A stretch of 59,996 nt of DNA, the filler included, from Sluysia triapertura (taxonomy: Eukaryota), in assembly GCA_046118255.1 (NCBI GenBank). It is 5 parts of 5 records of this genome, joined end to end, with 100 filler letters (N's around TTAATTAATTAA, not from the genome) between each part and the next. Parts side by side here need not be neighbours in the genome. Positions count along the whole stretch, not along the records: positions 25,825 to 37,706 come from JBJNIA010161152.1; positions 37,807 to 48,980 come from JBJNIA010187845.1; 3 more parts are not named here. The stretch is one strand, 5' to 3'. This document shows positions 35,741 through 49,080 of this stretch, in pieces. Below the pieces are notes generated by a model. The model did not search any database and was not told where the DNA came from. It saw only the letters and a program-made list of their open reading frames with translations. Made by a program: the position numbers and the translations under genes. Within the stretch, counting starts at the first letter, position 1. Each line of letters begins with the position of its first letter.

Positions 35741-36419
35741 GTAAGTTATTTTTATTTCTGTTATATTTGGTTGGTTTTATTTATGCAAATTAAAATATGC
35801 ATAAAAACATTTGTTTGCAATAAAACATATTATTTCATAGATTACTTTAGTATTCTCGCTATATTCAGTAGCAGTTGATTTAATATGCATCATTTTCTCG
35901 AAAATACTTTCGTCAAATGTCGGTCTCACTCGCCATTTGTATTGATTGCGGCGTCAACATTATTCATATTCCATTTAGAATTTCTCGTCTTTAGTAATTC
36001 TTTTCTTTCTTTTCCTTATATAATTTACACTGTCTTGCACGAACTTCGTTATCTTGATTTACTGCTTTTGAGGAAACTTTCTTTTTAACAAGTTTAACAA
36101 GCGACCTTTCATAAATTCTTGTTCGAGCAGTTTTCATATCGTTAAGATTAATTAAATTTTCAAATCAGGTGAAGTATTTAATATTCGTTTAGCATATGTG
36201 CGGTGAATTAGATTATGTTAATTTTGTTTTTTAGTGTTGAAAGTAAAATAGATTTTGAAATGGTCAGATGCCTTCAAAGAGTTGTCTGTGGTTGATTTTA
36301 ATTTCGCAATTTCGGGTATTAAGTGATTGTTTAAATTAAATAATAAACGTTTTTACCAAATACAAAATAAAATAAGACTAAGAAGACAAGAACATGTATT
36401 AATATAATATTAATAATAA

Positions 36420-37706
36420 AATTTAATTTCTTCGTCGCCTTATTTCTTTTTCATCTTCATTGCTATCAACTGTAACAATATTCTGTCATATAATAGTGAG
36501 TAAATATGCCTATGCAAAATTTTCATGTTTTTCCATAAGAACTTTGTGTGAGCACGATCTTCTCCATAGGCCTGATTACTGATGTCAATTTTCCTTCACC
36601 AAATCAATGTTTAAATTTATTAGGCATCCATTGTTCTCGAATTCTGACTTGAATTGGTTGGATTGTTAATCTATTTTCCTCTCTTCCTCGTTCTCTTTAT
36701 CTTTTTGAAATTCTAAATATCTATCATGCATGTGACTCATAAAGATTTCTTGTTTATTCTTGAATCTATTTTTATCACAATCCAATCCAGTAATATAAAA
36801 TTTTCTAAGCATTTCATTCTTTTCTTGGTGTTCTTTATTATCTTCATCGCTACTTATTTCTCTTCTTGGTTCTCTTCTATTTTTATTTCTTTCCTTTTCA
36901 TATTGGTATTCATCTTCATATTAATATTCATTTCTGTTATTTCTATACTCTTTGATTTTTATAGTTACAATTTATTTGTCCCTTATTACTCTTATTATTA
37001 GCATCATTGAACCTTACTTTCCTATTTGGCCTTTGATATCTTTGTTGTTAACTTTTTACTCTAGTAAAGTATTGAGTAAACACGTTTTGCCTTAGTTTCC
37101 TACAAACTCTTGCATAATATCTTTTTATGACAGTTGTCACAGATTATCTCTCCATCTATATTAGTTTGAGTCTTATTATTGTTTTCATATCTCATTGAAC
37201 TCTTACTCCTACTCATTAAAGTTAGAACTAGGTGGCCATCTCTGTGCTGGTCTTTGCTCATAATTAGATTATCATGGAATCATATGCTTCTATTTTTTCC
37301 TCTATTATTATTTGGATTACCCCTATAAAAACCTCTACGTGGGCTGTTAAATTACTATTATCATAAGAATTATTTCGATTATTATAATTATAGTCATAGT
37401 TTGAGGAATTATATCTATTATCATTATAATTATCAAAATTATCTTTATTTCTTATGAATTTTGGGCTTTTGTCTCGTTTATATTTGTCATCATTATCACG
37501 TATATAATCAATATTATCTCTATCAGTTTTATATGACCTTTCTGTGCTTCTTAATTTATTATTATTTCCTTAAAAGGTTTGCCTTCCATTAATGTAAGAC
37601 ATACGTCCTTAATTCCGACGAAGACCAATTTTCAATTTATCTAATAATGTAGCTTCTTTTTTATCTTCAGGACCTTTGCCCTGACAACTAGACTTTTAAG
37701 AGTTCA
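36420..37706 (-). mobile_element. Decayed LTR-retroelement gag remnant
   Basis: Minus strand N/R/D-rich stretch, then IICDNCHKK/YARVCRK (frameshifted CCHC knuckle, ~37095-37150), then a charged region shared with 28630-29330. Confidence 0.6.
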
Positions 37707-37806
37707 NNNNNNNNNNNNNNNNNNNNNNNNNNNNNNNNNNNNNNNNNNNNTTAATTAATTAANNNNNNNNNNNNNNNNNNNNNNNNNNNNNNNNNNNNNN
37801 NNNNNN
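37707..37806. other. Artificial assembly gap spacer
   Basis: N44-TTAATTAATTAA-N44. Confidence 0.97.
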
Positions 37807-39114
37807 GCCCCGTCTAACAATTTCATTTTTATTAAATTCAATTTTACCAAATGGCACTTTTAGGCCTTTTACCCCAACAATACTAATGACAACGATTCAT
37901 TAACTGATGTCATAAATTATTGTAATAATGCTATTCAAGCGTTAGATTTAAAATTGTAGGTTAAGTATCAATTCATTATTAGTTATAATTATAACCATCG
38001 TAATATATTTTATTTTATAATTAGAGATGGATTTGTTGAGACAGTAATAACCTGGATGATAAATTTTTTTGTTATCAAGATAACAGTTAAATATATTATC
38101 TCATAGTTAACTTATCAACAAATGAAAGTTCATAATTTTGTTTCAATTACAATTATAAACATAACCTATAAATGTCAAAGCAGTAAAATATACTCGAGTA
38201 ATTATGCAAACATTTCGGTGCGATGAAATACTATTAGTAATACCTCAACAATCCACGTACTATTCTATTAGTCAACAGATATAAAGGTAGTCTATTTATT
38301 TTATGGAATATTACATTTTAGTCTTTATTATTATCCTTTTTTATATGATCTTTACCTAGATATAGGTTTAATTAGTGACTTATCATCAACATGTTCAATG
38401 ATTTTTCAACATTCACCATATGACAATTTATGTTTAGTAAAATATCTTGTTGCATATCAATTAATTACTGTATCTAAAAAATGTTTTAAGTATTATTTCA
38501 TTTCTTTAATTATTTATAATTACCAAAGACATTTCAATAAATGCGTTTTCCTATTATCTATTAATAAATATTGATAATTAGTAAGATTAATTTTTATTTT
38601 TTTCAGTATACAGAAATGTAGAAAAGTCGGTATAGATTATGATCAAATTAATTTTGGGTAGCTGCAATTCTTTATCATAAGATTCATATTTTATTCAGTA
38701 AGGTACATCGTTATAAAAGAAATTCATTGTTAATAATAAATCTTCGTTACACCTGGTCTTAACTCCATATAATTCAAAATCAATTTAACTATAATACAGA
38801 TAAAAAACAACCTCAACCATTTTACAAACTTAGTAGTATCTTTTTACCGTTGTATTTAATTTATATGTTTAATTAATATGTTAAAACATGTTAAATAAAA
38901 TATATTAAATAGTTGGTAAAACATCGAGTGATTAATTTCATAAACAAGATATTTAGAAGAAATAATCTTTTTTGTACTACAAAGATTGATGTCCGAAAAA
39001 AACATATTAGGTAAAACAATGTTGACAGTAAATCATTTATTTTTCCTTGAATATTGTCAATGTAAGAGATCTGTTGAATTGAACTATCAAATATAATATC
39101 AATTAACACATTAA

Positions 39115-40940
39115 CCCTTTGCTGCCTCTGCAAGTTTCTCAGGTTTAAGAAGGCTTATTTAGAGGATTGAATAAGGACAGTGTTTTGCATAATCGTTTCT
39201 GCACAAAGTTATTTACCACCATTTTGTGAGAAAAATATTTGATAGTGACGAAAATACTGATGTCGAAGAGAATATTGACCCAAATTTATTGAATGATGCA
39301 AGGACGTGGCAAAATACGCACTTTCAACCAAATTTTCATAATTATATATGCTAGGCAAAACCAAATATTGGTAATCAATCATGGAACCAACTAACTTACT
39401 TCGAATATTTTTTGATAACGACTTTATGACTGTTATTGTAAACGAGACCAACAAATATCAACTTCAAAATCCAATTGGTAAACGTGAAAAAATGGCTAAA
39501 TGGGTTGCTGTGACTGTTGCTGACTTGTGGATTTTCTTCGGACTAGTTTTACTCACCGGACTAGTACGAAAAAATGATTTGGAACAACATTGGTCTATAG
39601 ATAGCCTCATTTCAACAAATATTTTTTAGCCGAATAATGTCAATAAATAGATTTAGAGATATAATGCATTGTTTTCACTTCAACAACAATACAATTCCTT
39701 CTCAAGATCGACTGTGCAAAAAAAAGAACGTGTGGATTTCCTTCGAAAGAAATTTCGTAACTGCAATGTCCCGTTTCAGAATTTCTTCTTTGGAAAGAAC
39801 GACATACATTATAGTACATTTTGTACATACCATCTAAAAGAAATAAATTTGGTCTGAAAATGTTTCTATTAGTTGGCTGTACCACGAAGGTTGTTCTTGA
39901 CATAATTATTTACACTGAAAGCACAACTAGAAATCAGAAGTGTTCGAGATCTTGGTATTAGTGGTTCACTTGTTATGACACTGATGAAAAATTACCTGAA
40001 AAAAGGTCATATGCTTTATGTCGATAATTGGTATACGGGTCCCAAACTATTTGATCTTTTTCATAAATATGATACAAACTCTTGCGGCACGGTTCGAAAG
40101 AATCGAATTCGTTTACCCAAACTTGACGTTCAACATCAAAATAATGGAACACTTCTCGCATTGAAGTGGCATGATAAGAGAGAAATTTATATGCTGTCTT
40201 CCTTTCATACTGCTTCGATTGGTGAATCTGGAAAGGTTTCTTGCGATAATCAACCAATAATGAAGTCGCAATGTATCCTCGATTACAACAAACACATGAA
40301 TGCAATAGATAAGGTTGATGTGCAAATGTCCTTTTCTGAGTGCATTCGCTAAATCTGTCAAGTGGTACAAGAAGGTGTTTTTTTATTTTCTTGATTTTTC
40401 TGTCTTCAATACCTATGCCATTTACTCAAAAAACAACAAATTGAATATTCTATTGTACTCATATAAACTGGAGATAGTGAGAAAGATGTTTCAGAAATGT
40501 AATGCTTACTGATAAACTCATTCAGTTCAGCGACCGCTTATCCAAGACTCATTGGGAGACATTTTCCTAGTTTGAATTCAAGCAATGACAGTAGAACTAA
40601 TCGTAGACGTTGCGGCGTATGTAGTGCCAGAGGAAGAGAGGCGAGAACAATTTATATGTGCGAAAATTGTGAAAATGGAGTGATTCTGTGTGTGTGTGTC
40701 TGATTGCTTTAGAACATTCCACACTATGTTACACTTTGATAGATAATACTAAATTTACCAATTTTCAGATTTTATGCTATTTTATTGAAAATTCATGAAA
40801 AATTCTACATTTTTTATTAATTTTGAAATTAACACTCATGCAAGTGGCGCCAGCTTCTTAATGGCTTTCTCACATATATTTCTTATAAGCTATCAAATAA
40901 ATTTATGTTCGCAAAAATTCGCTCACAGGTGGTTAAAGGG
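39115..40940 (+). mobile_element. piggyBac transposon with both ends, transposase decayed (PGBD4-like)
   Basis: TTAA|CCCTTT...AAAGGG|TTAA. Fragments IVNETNKY, MSINRF, PSKRNKFGLK, YVDNWYT, CGTVRKNR, WHDKREIYMLS, DYNKHMNAIDKVD, KWYKKVFF, and a C-terminal RRCGVC..C..C cysteine-rich domain. Confidence 0.95.
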
Positions 40941-41344
40941 TTAAAGGCGCGGAATAAAATTTACTGTAAGTAGAATTTGAACAACAGAACAGCTTTAAAT
41001 CACAAAACTTACTAAATACAAATGTAAAGTGGCGCGTGGATCGCAATGTGGTTGCAAACGGTACTAAACAGACGAGATAAATCGTAGAACTAAGACTCCC
41101 GTCTTTAATGTGTTAATATTTCATCTGTTTCGAAAAACACGATAAAGGCCATCTTAACAATTAAATTTTTGACTCCCAAATATTGATTAAAAATTTTTTA
41201 TCATTTATTCTATTTTTAGACCAAAATATGCATTTCTATAAAATTATAGTTAAATAAATGTACAACAAACACAATATTCGAATATTAAATAAATACAATT
41301 TTTAGACATTTAATAACGCGTACATCTGGATCTTAGATACGTTT

Positions 41345-44300
41345 TTAAATTATCAAATTAAAACCCAATAACAAAGGAAATTCGGAAGATTTCGATATAT
41401 TCTTTAAAATATCACAAATATACAATGAAAATTCTTTTATAATAATTCACTTCTACTACATAAATAAAACTAATAAAATTCCTTTAACAAAATACCTTCA
41501 ATATATAACTTTAATATCGGTTTTAAAATTATACAAATATTAATAAATTACTATCAGGGTGGCAAAACCCAAATAAATGTTGACGCCCGCATTAACTAAA
41601 ATATAATGAATAAGAAACAGGTTACTAACTCTTTTCCTTATAACCACTTAAATGTTTATTTTAGTTGATTGGTAAAGAATAAGCTTCATTTTCACCGCTA
41701 TCCACAGATGAAATAAATCAGCGTCCGTAAAGCTTTATTGTTTCTTTATTGTTTTTCTCTTATATTTTTCTAATTTTCTGCTGTTTATAAAGCAGTTTTA
41801 TGATCATTTGGGAAACTGAAAATTGGAAATTGGACAAGACTGAAATTGAAACTCTCTGTTTTTTTAGTTGGTGATAAGTCAACCAATTTTACTGATCTAA
41901 TTTCTGCAGCAATTTTCGCCTGCGTCTAATTTCATTATCATTTTAATTATCTAAAAATAATGGAATTTGTGGTAAACAATCCCTTATTTTTCAGTATCAT
42001 TAAATTAAACTATTATTATTAAATTAAACTATCATTATTATAAACTATTATATTAATTCACAATTTATTAACTTAAATTAAGGATAAAATTAATGGAATA
42101 ATAAATTTATTTTATATAGGAATATTTTGCGTAATACGTTGTACGTCAAGTTCAATGTCATATTTGGATTAGTATCTTTATAAACATCAATTTAATATAT
42201 ACTTCATTAATACTTAAACAACGGAACATATTTAACTTTAATTTTTAATTATAAAAACTAATTAAAAGAACTCATTTTTACGTTATCTGCGCCGACGTGC
42301 TTCGTAATACTTCATCATTAAAAGTACTAATAAAACTAATAGTACACCTTGTTTCAAAAGTGTGGGGCACGCCTTATTTTTGGTGTATACAGAAACATAA
42401 TTTATATCATAACAAATTAACAATATTATTTAAAATATGAAACACGAACAGACTATTATTTATTTATAGTTTCCAATTTTAGTACACTTTTATAACTATA
42501 TTGCATTTAGTTAAATAAATTTCTTTTCACAAGTATAGGACATATTATACAAACTTTTATTTAAGAGACTACATATTTTTAGAGATTATATTTTTAGAGA
42601 CTATATTTTATTGATGTTTCTAAGTTTTTCAACACATTTTGGTCATCGAATCAATCATTGTATTAATCATCGAATTAATCTTTACCCAAGCATCCAAAAT
42701 TGCATTTTTAACTCAGATATATTATTATACTGTTTTCCTTGACAGTATCTTAAAGAATAATTAAGATGATAAATTTTCTAATGGATTGTGGTCAGGGTAT
42801 CTTGCCGGCCACTCTAACAAATTTAATCCATCTTCATTTACATATTAAATGTTTTTTTTGATCGATGACAAGGAGCGTTATCCTACCGAAAGCTGGCATT
42901 TATATTTTCTGGAAGTTTGACATACGGAAGTATTACTTCTTTTATCAAATCATAGTACTTAAAGCCATTAAGAGTTGATGGAACCACACATAAAAATAGA
43001 TTTTATCATAAATTATGGCAGCCCATACTATAACTGATCCTTCCCCACAAATTCTCTTAGAAAATTTTTATTTTGAATCCTTTAGATGACTTCATCAGGA
43101 CCATCCAAATTAAATTTCTTCTAATCTGAGAATATATCCTGGTCCAGTGGGTGCGATTATTAATATGATTTTCGTCAAAGTTAATTCTTGCCATTTTATG
43201 AGCATCAATAAGTGGAGGTTTAGCAAGCATTTTAATATTAATTTAAATTTTAATATTTTAAAAATAACAATTTTTAAATAATTTCAGTACTGTTGTTTTA
43301 CTGCATTATGTGAGTTGTAAACAATATTGAATTTTTCGCGTACCTTATTAAACTCATTTTTGCCTATTAGAAAGTGCCTTAGGACAGCCAATTTGTTTCC
43401 ATTGCTTTTTATAACTAATTTGATATCGCATGTCTTGATCTGCTTAGCCTTTTGGCAATAGTTGCACTACATTTTTGAGTTAAAAAATGCAACACTGGAT
43501 GGTTGGGAAAAGATTGAAATAAAAAGTGTAAATACATTGATTAATTAGGTAACTAAAATGTGTTTAGATGTATTAAAAAACTCAGGAACATCAATAAAAT
43601 ATAATCTCTTAAATAAAATGTTTGTATAATGCGTCAAATACTTTTGAAACGAAATTTATTTAACCAAATGCAATATAGTAATAATTAAAAGTGTACTAAA
43701 ATTGGAAACTATAAATAAATAATAGTTTATCCGTGTTTTATTTATTAAATAGTATTGTCAATTTGTTGTGATATAAATTGTATTTATACACCAAAAATAG
43801 AGCGTGTCCTATATTTTTTAAAAATGGTTTACACTAAATCTAATATTATCTTACCCTGAGAAAACATTTTTATTAAGTTATTAAATTAAACAAATTTTAA
43901 TTAACAAATGGACTTTAATATTTTAATAAGTAAAACCTTATAATTGGTTATTTCTTAGTATTTTTTATTCTTTTGTCTTGATTCAAATATTTTATACGCT
44001 TATTTTGTTATTACAATTCATCATAATATCTTATCATAATTCTTCAATGATGTTTATTTTACTTTGTTGTCATGAGCCATGACCCTTATGTTTCTTCTTA
44101 TCCTTCACTAATCCCAACAGTATCTTCATTAGCATCAATTAAATATAAACTTTAGTTATACTTAAGCATATTTTAATTTTAATTTTAGATTATAAAAACT
44201 AATTAAAATAACTAATTTTTACGTTTTCGGCGTCGACGTGCTTCTTAACATTTCAACATTAAGAATACTAATAAAATCCAGTATTTCACACCAATTCTTT

Positions 44301-44460
44301 TGTTATTTCATCATGTGCATATATTTTTCACTAAATGATTTAATTAAAAATTTTTAATTAAATTAATTAACAAATGTACTTTAATATTTTAACAAGTAAG
44401 ACCTTATAAAAGGTTCTTTCTTCGTATCTTTCATTCTTTTATTTTGATTTAAATATTTTA
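41345..44460 (+). repeat. Repeat family A copy 2 (split by Tc1 insertion, plus a partial extra copy at ~44150-44460)
   Basis: Collinear with 10305-11240 and the reverse complement of 56520-57530 on both sides of the transposon. Confidence 0.8.
42343..43831 (-). mobile_element. Tc1/Tc3-like DNA transposon with ~180-bp TIRs, decayed transposase
   Basis: TIRs ~42343-42525 and ~43651-43831, TA at both ends. Minus strand IFSD*KKFNLDGPD, GEGSVIVWA, DNAPCH, EWPARYPDHNPLE. Confidence 0.93.
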
Positions 44461-45289
44461 TACACTTGTTCCACTAACACCGTGTTTTATCTCATTTAGT
44501 TTGTTTAATATTTCTTATTCTATTTTGTAATAAAAGCTATAACTCTTATATTTATCATAGCTTTAACCAAACCCAACACAATACAGATTTTATTAATCAA
44601 GTCAGTCATTTTTAGAAGATGAGGAACTTGGCACGGCTTGTCAAATTTAATTCAGTTTATTTGAATTGTGTGTCACTTGTTAATTATAGATTAAAGGAAT
44701 ACATGTGATTAACGATTTATTATAAAAGTGAGTCGATTTCGGTACTAATTTCACAATGCTGTTACTGCTATCGTAGACCAAGAAAAGATTTTATCTAATG
44801 TGAGGACTAGATTGTTGTAGACTGTTGAACTGTTAAAAAATGAACTATTGAATTAAAGACAGAATAGATAAATTATATCTCAATATTACTATGTTTAATA
44901 ATTTATTTGTTATTTAATGATTATTTATTTTATTTATTTATAAAATGTTATTTATTTTATAAAAAATACTTATTGTTATTATACAAAAATAAGAAGGATT
45001 TAAAAAATAGTTAAAATTAAAATTAAATCTTAAAAAATAGAAAATAAGTATAAAATTAAAATTCTGATTATAAATTTTATTTTCTTGAAGCAAATTCATG
45101 TTTTTTTAAAAAAACAATTATTCAAATTTTATAAACACGCAATATGGCTGTTAGAAATTCTATATATAAAGTCGTTGACTTTTACGGAATTTAATAACTG
45201 ACAATTGCTGAAAATTAGTAATCATCGCACAATCCTTCGAGTTTTTCCATGAAAATGAGTTTATTACTTATAAGTTTCATAATCTTCTC

Positions 45290-45695
45290 ACCGTAAAAAG
45301 GGAGAAATAAAATCACATCTAAAATCATTGTGTAATTTTGCTTATACCGTAATACGGATAAGTTAAAATCGTTCAAAATCGTTAAACTAAATTCTTTTGA
45401 ATTTAAGTAATCAAAATTCTTATTATTATTATATTGTATATTCTATTGTGAGTATTTGTTCTTTTTGTGAATATTTGTTCTTTTTGTGAATATTTATTCG
45501 TTTTGTGAATAAAACTTAGGACCATTGTCTTTTATTATTATTAAAGTTAAAATCATTGTTAGACGCTAGACCGTAATAAGGCTAGCTCAAAATCATAAAG
45601 TAATATTAAAAGTTTTCAACAATTGGACCGTAACCGGCTAATTTAATATCTTATTTTTACCAAGTTAGACCGTAAAAGGGCTAACTAAAATTCAC
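45290..45695 (+). repeat. Iterated degenerate motif ACCGTAA-n2/3-GG(C)TA-n-AAAATC x5, flanking a short tandem repeat (~45445-45510)
   Basis: Copies start at 45290, 45346, 45570, 45627 and 45669. Confidence 0.65.
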
Positions 45696-45859
45696 TTAAA
45701 TTTATTATAATTAAAAGTGCCAAAACAACTCCACAATCCTCGTAGGTACTCCAAACCATTGATACGTGACTCTTTCTTAGTGAAACTTTCTCTTTAAATC
45801 CTAACAGGCAGCCGTCGTGCAGATTTAAGTCGTTTTCTGTTAGGCGAACTCTCTCCAAG

Positions 45860-46030
45860 TTACTATTCGCATCGAGGTTAGGTGAAAATATCTTTGCAAT
45901 TTGATAAACCGTGGAACAATATTATTACAAGGACATATTTGGACTAACATTTTTTGGAATTTTGAGTATTCAAGGAAACTTATGAAATCTTGGATTAATA
46001 TTTTGTTGAACTTTGTGGATAACATAATTT
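45860..46030 (-). mobile_element. Possible Penelope-like RT remnant
   Basis: Minus strand PRFHKFP*ILK..VSPNMS..STVYQIAKIF resembles the PLE motif PxxYGLPKIHK..RPIVS..SPTYxLAKxL. Confidence 0.3.
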
Positions 46031-47231
46031 CTTTTATTTGAATAAATAAGCTTATTCCTGATAGGTTTAGAACATTTATAATATTTGTTTAAAATATTCT
46101 TAAAATCATTGTTGTTCGAAATCAAAGCATTCGCCTGGATCAAAATCATTAATAAAATAGAATTTTGTTCATAATTTAGTTTTGTCTTACGTAAAAAATT
46201 GTAAAAATTATAAATATTATAAAAAAACTATTAAAATTATTATCATTTAAAAAATTATTAATCTATTATTTTAAAAAACATTACAAAAAATAAGCTTCCA
46301 GAAATAAAATTGTTTAGTTAAAGTAAATTTTAAAAGATGTTTTTGTATGTATATAAAGACATACAAAAATAAAGAAATCTGAACAAATCTAAATTCGCCA
46401 TTTTGGTATCACAAGGAAAACAAAGTTATCTCAAAAAATTATCAACGATATTATCCGGCTAGTTACCATCAAATTCATTATCATATTACGCGTTCACATA
46501 GATTTCCAGTTAATTTTCCAAGTTATTGTGTAAATCCCGCATATTCGATTAGAGAGATAGTACTCTCCAAATATTAGCAGCTCGAATGCATCAAGTCAAA
46601 AAATTGAACAATATTATTAATTAATTCGTAAGTTTGTTTCACATAGTTCGTAAACTCACATTGAGTTAAAATCTAAACGCAAAATATTAATTTTCACAGT
46701 TGGTCCTTAAGGCCAATCACAAAATCAATTTAAAATATAAATTCATTACTCTTTAGTTGGCCTTAAGGTCAATTATAAAATACTTATCAAACGGCTAGAC
46801 CTTTATTATAACTCAACTTTTATCTTTATTATAATTTTATTATTTATAATTGATAATTATTCTTTTTGAATTTTTTAAATTTTTAGTAATTTTATTTGTT
46901 GTAATAAAGATATTAAAAAACTTTCGAATCCAGTTTTTATTATAATTGTTCTAGGATTAACGTCGTAACTTAAATTAAGTTTATAGTTATCTTACCTTAT
47001 GAACAATTTATGATTAAATTTATTTTTAGTCGAAAATACATTGATTGCAATATTATCTCATTAAATTTTAATACAAAACCAAAAAATCTAACTGTTATTA
47101 TATTAAGATTTGAAGATATAAAAAACGACACATTTCTATACGAATATTATGCACTTGATTTTTACATTAACTCAAATATTACATAAACCAACATTGGTCT
47201 TGATTATTTTAAGCTATTTAGTGTCAGTTGA

Positions 47232-47858
47232 TGTGGTGGCCAACCTACTTCCATAATAATCATTCTCTACAAATCACGCTCAATAAATCAACACAATACA
47301 CATAAAAACTACCTCTTAAACATTATGATATTCCTATATTCATCTCCTTTATATCCACTAAAATATCCTTATCCGTCAAAACCAATTAAACACTCAATCT
47401 TATAATATCCAAACTACAATTACATTCTAAACCATTAAATTACAGCAAAAATTCATTCAAAACATTTTATTTTTCAGTTTTTAACAATTTAAGCACAATC
47501 ATATTCGAAATTAGTCAACATACATTTAAAAATCATCCAAACATTCTAGATTCATGTTTTACATCATTTAATCTTCTATAACACACAACCATATTATTAC
47601 ATAAACAATCCAATTCAAATTACATTCCAACATCACACAATCAATTCCCCAATATATTAAAAGTTATTTTATTTGCACTTACCAGACTACACCTATTTAA
47701 CATATTAATAGCTTAGGATCTATTAATATTTATAACCAGAAACGTTATTTCATTTAACGTTATCTTATCCTAACGTTATCCTAACACCAAAAATTAATTC
47801 TATTGAAGCGCAAAAATAATATTCAATATTTAACTGAAACACTCTAGGCGTTATTACA
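47232..47858 (+). repeat. C-rich LTR-like repeat family B, second long copy
   Basis: Starts TGTGGTGGCCAAC and shares an internal block with 21880-21940; right end approximate. Confidence 0.5.
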
Positions 47859-48309
47859 TATCATTAAGAAGTCACATCTGAAATTCTGAGCATATCCCAC
47901 TCCTGACACCATTTTTGTTGGGAGTTAGAGTATTTTACTTTTATGATAGTGGATTTAGTTAAAATTTTGAAATAGAACAAATAAAATATATTTCATACAC
48001 TAACTGGCGTGTATGCCTGTGTAATTTCTTTAATTTCGTATGTCTGTGTAATTATATACCAGTTAATTGGACGTTCAATCAAGATACCTCAATACAAAAA
48101 TTATGCTTCTTGGGATTGGACGTCCAATCAGCATAAGGAATACACTGTAAAAATTCATTTTATAAATTTTATTTTTGGTAACCTTTAAAAAATGTTCTCT
48201 TACAATTAATAAATATGCATGAGTGAAATAAAAAGTGCGAATAATCTTAATTTATCGGATGTCGATGTTGTAATGCTATGAATAATTTTTCGATTCTATG
48301 TGAAACTAA

Positions 48310-48890
48310 TTTTGAAAATGAAAGTCCAGAATCTTATCAATGGAACTAAGAAGTGATAAGTCTTTAATTCAAAATGTCTTCAAAAAATGTCTCCAAACGA
48401 ACCTTATTTCTGGAAAATAAGCATAAAATAGAAAAAACTGATGTATCGTTTATTAAGTTCCACGTTTGGGATTTTTCTGGTCAATTTGATGCAACTAATA
48501 CAATGATTTGCGATAAAGATTTATTTAAATCATCTATATCTTTGTCAATATTGATGTATTAGATGAATTTACAGAACCATTAAGTAGACTGAGTTTGATA
48601 GCTACTCACACTTATGAAGCCAATAAAAATGTCACAATAGAAGTTTTCATGCATAAATTTGATTTATTAAAAGATGAACACAAAATTGAAATACAGAGGG
48701 AAATTACACAAAAGCTTGATGATGAATTAATGGAATTGTGTTTTGAAAATCTAAACATTGGGTGCCATCTAACAATAATATATGACCATTCAATATTTAA
48801 AGTTTTCAGTAAAGTATTACAAAAACTGATTCTAGATCTTGAAGTATTCTCAATGCTTTTATTTTAAATTCGAGTTTGGAAAAGCAATTA
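48310..48890 (+). pseudogene. RRAGC: RagC/RagD (Gtr2) GTPase pseudogene
   Basis: ILSMELRSDKSLIQNVF (degenerate LMGLRRSGKSSIQKVVF), TLFLE, FHVWDFSGQ, EVFMHKFD..DEHKIEIQREI, IYDHSIFKVFSKVLQKLI. Frameshifts and a destroyed P-loop; no introns seen. RagC vs RagD is not resolvable. Confidence 0.88.
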
Positions 48891-48903
48891 TTATTATTAT
48901 TAC

Positions 48904-48953
<50 letters not shown>

Positions 48954-48980
48954 TTATTATTATTATTATTATTATTATTA
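48887..48980. repeat. (ATT)n microsatellite running into gap
   Basis: Read directly. Confidence 0.95.
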
Positions 48981-49080
48981 NNNNNNNNNNNNNNNNNNNN
49001 NNNNNNNNNNNNNNNNNNNNNNNNTTAATTAATTAANNNNNNNNNNNNNNNNNNNNNNNNNNNNNNNNNNNNNNNNNNNN
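48981..49080. other. Artificial assembly gap spacer
   Basis: N44-TTAATTAATTAA-N44. Confidence 0.97.

Noticed and set aside
45290-45695. CRISPR array
   Set aside because: Eukaryotic context, degenerate repeats, irregular spacing, no cas genes.
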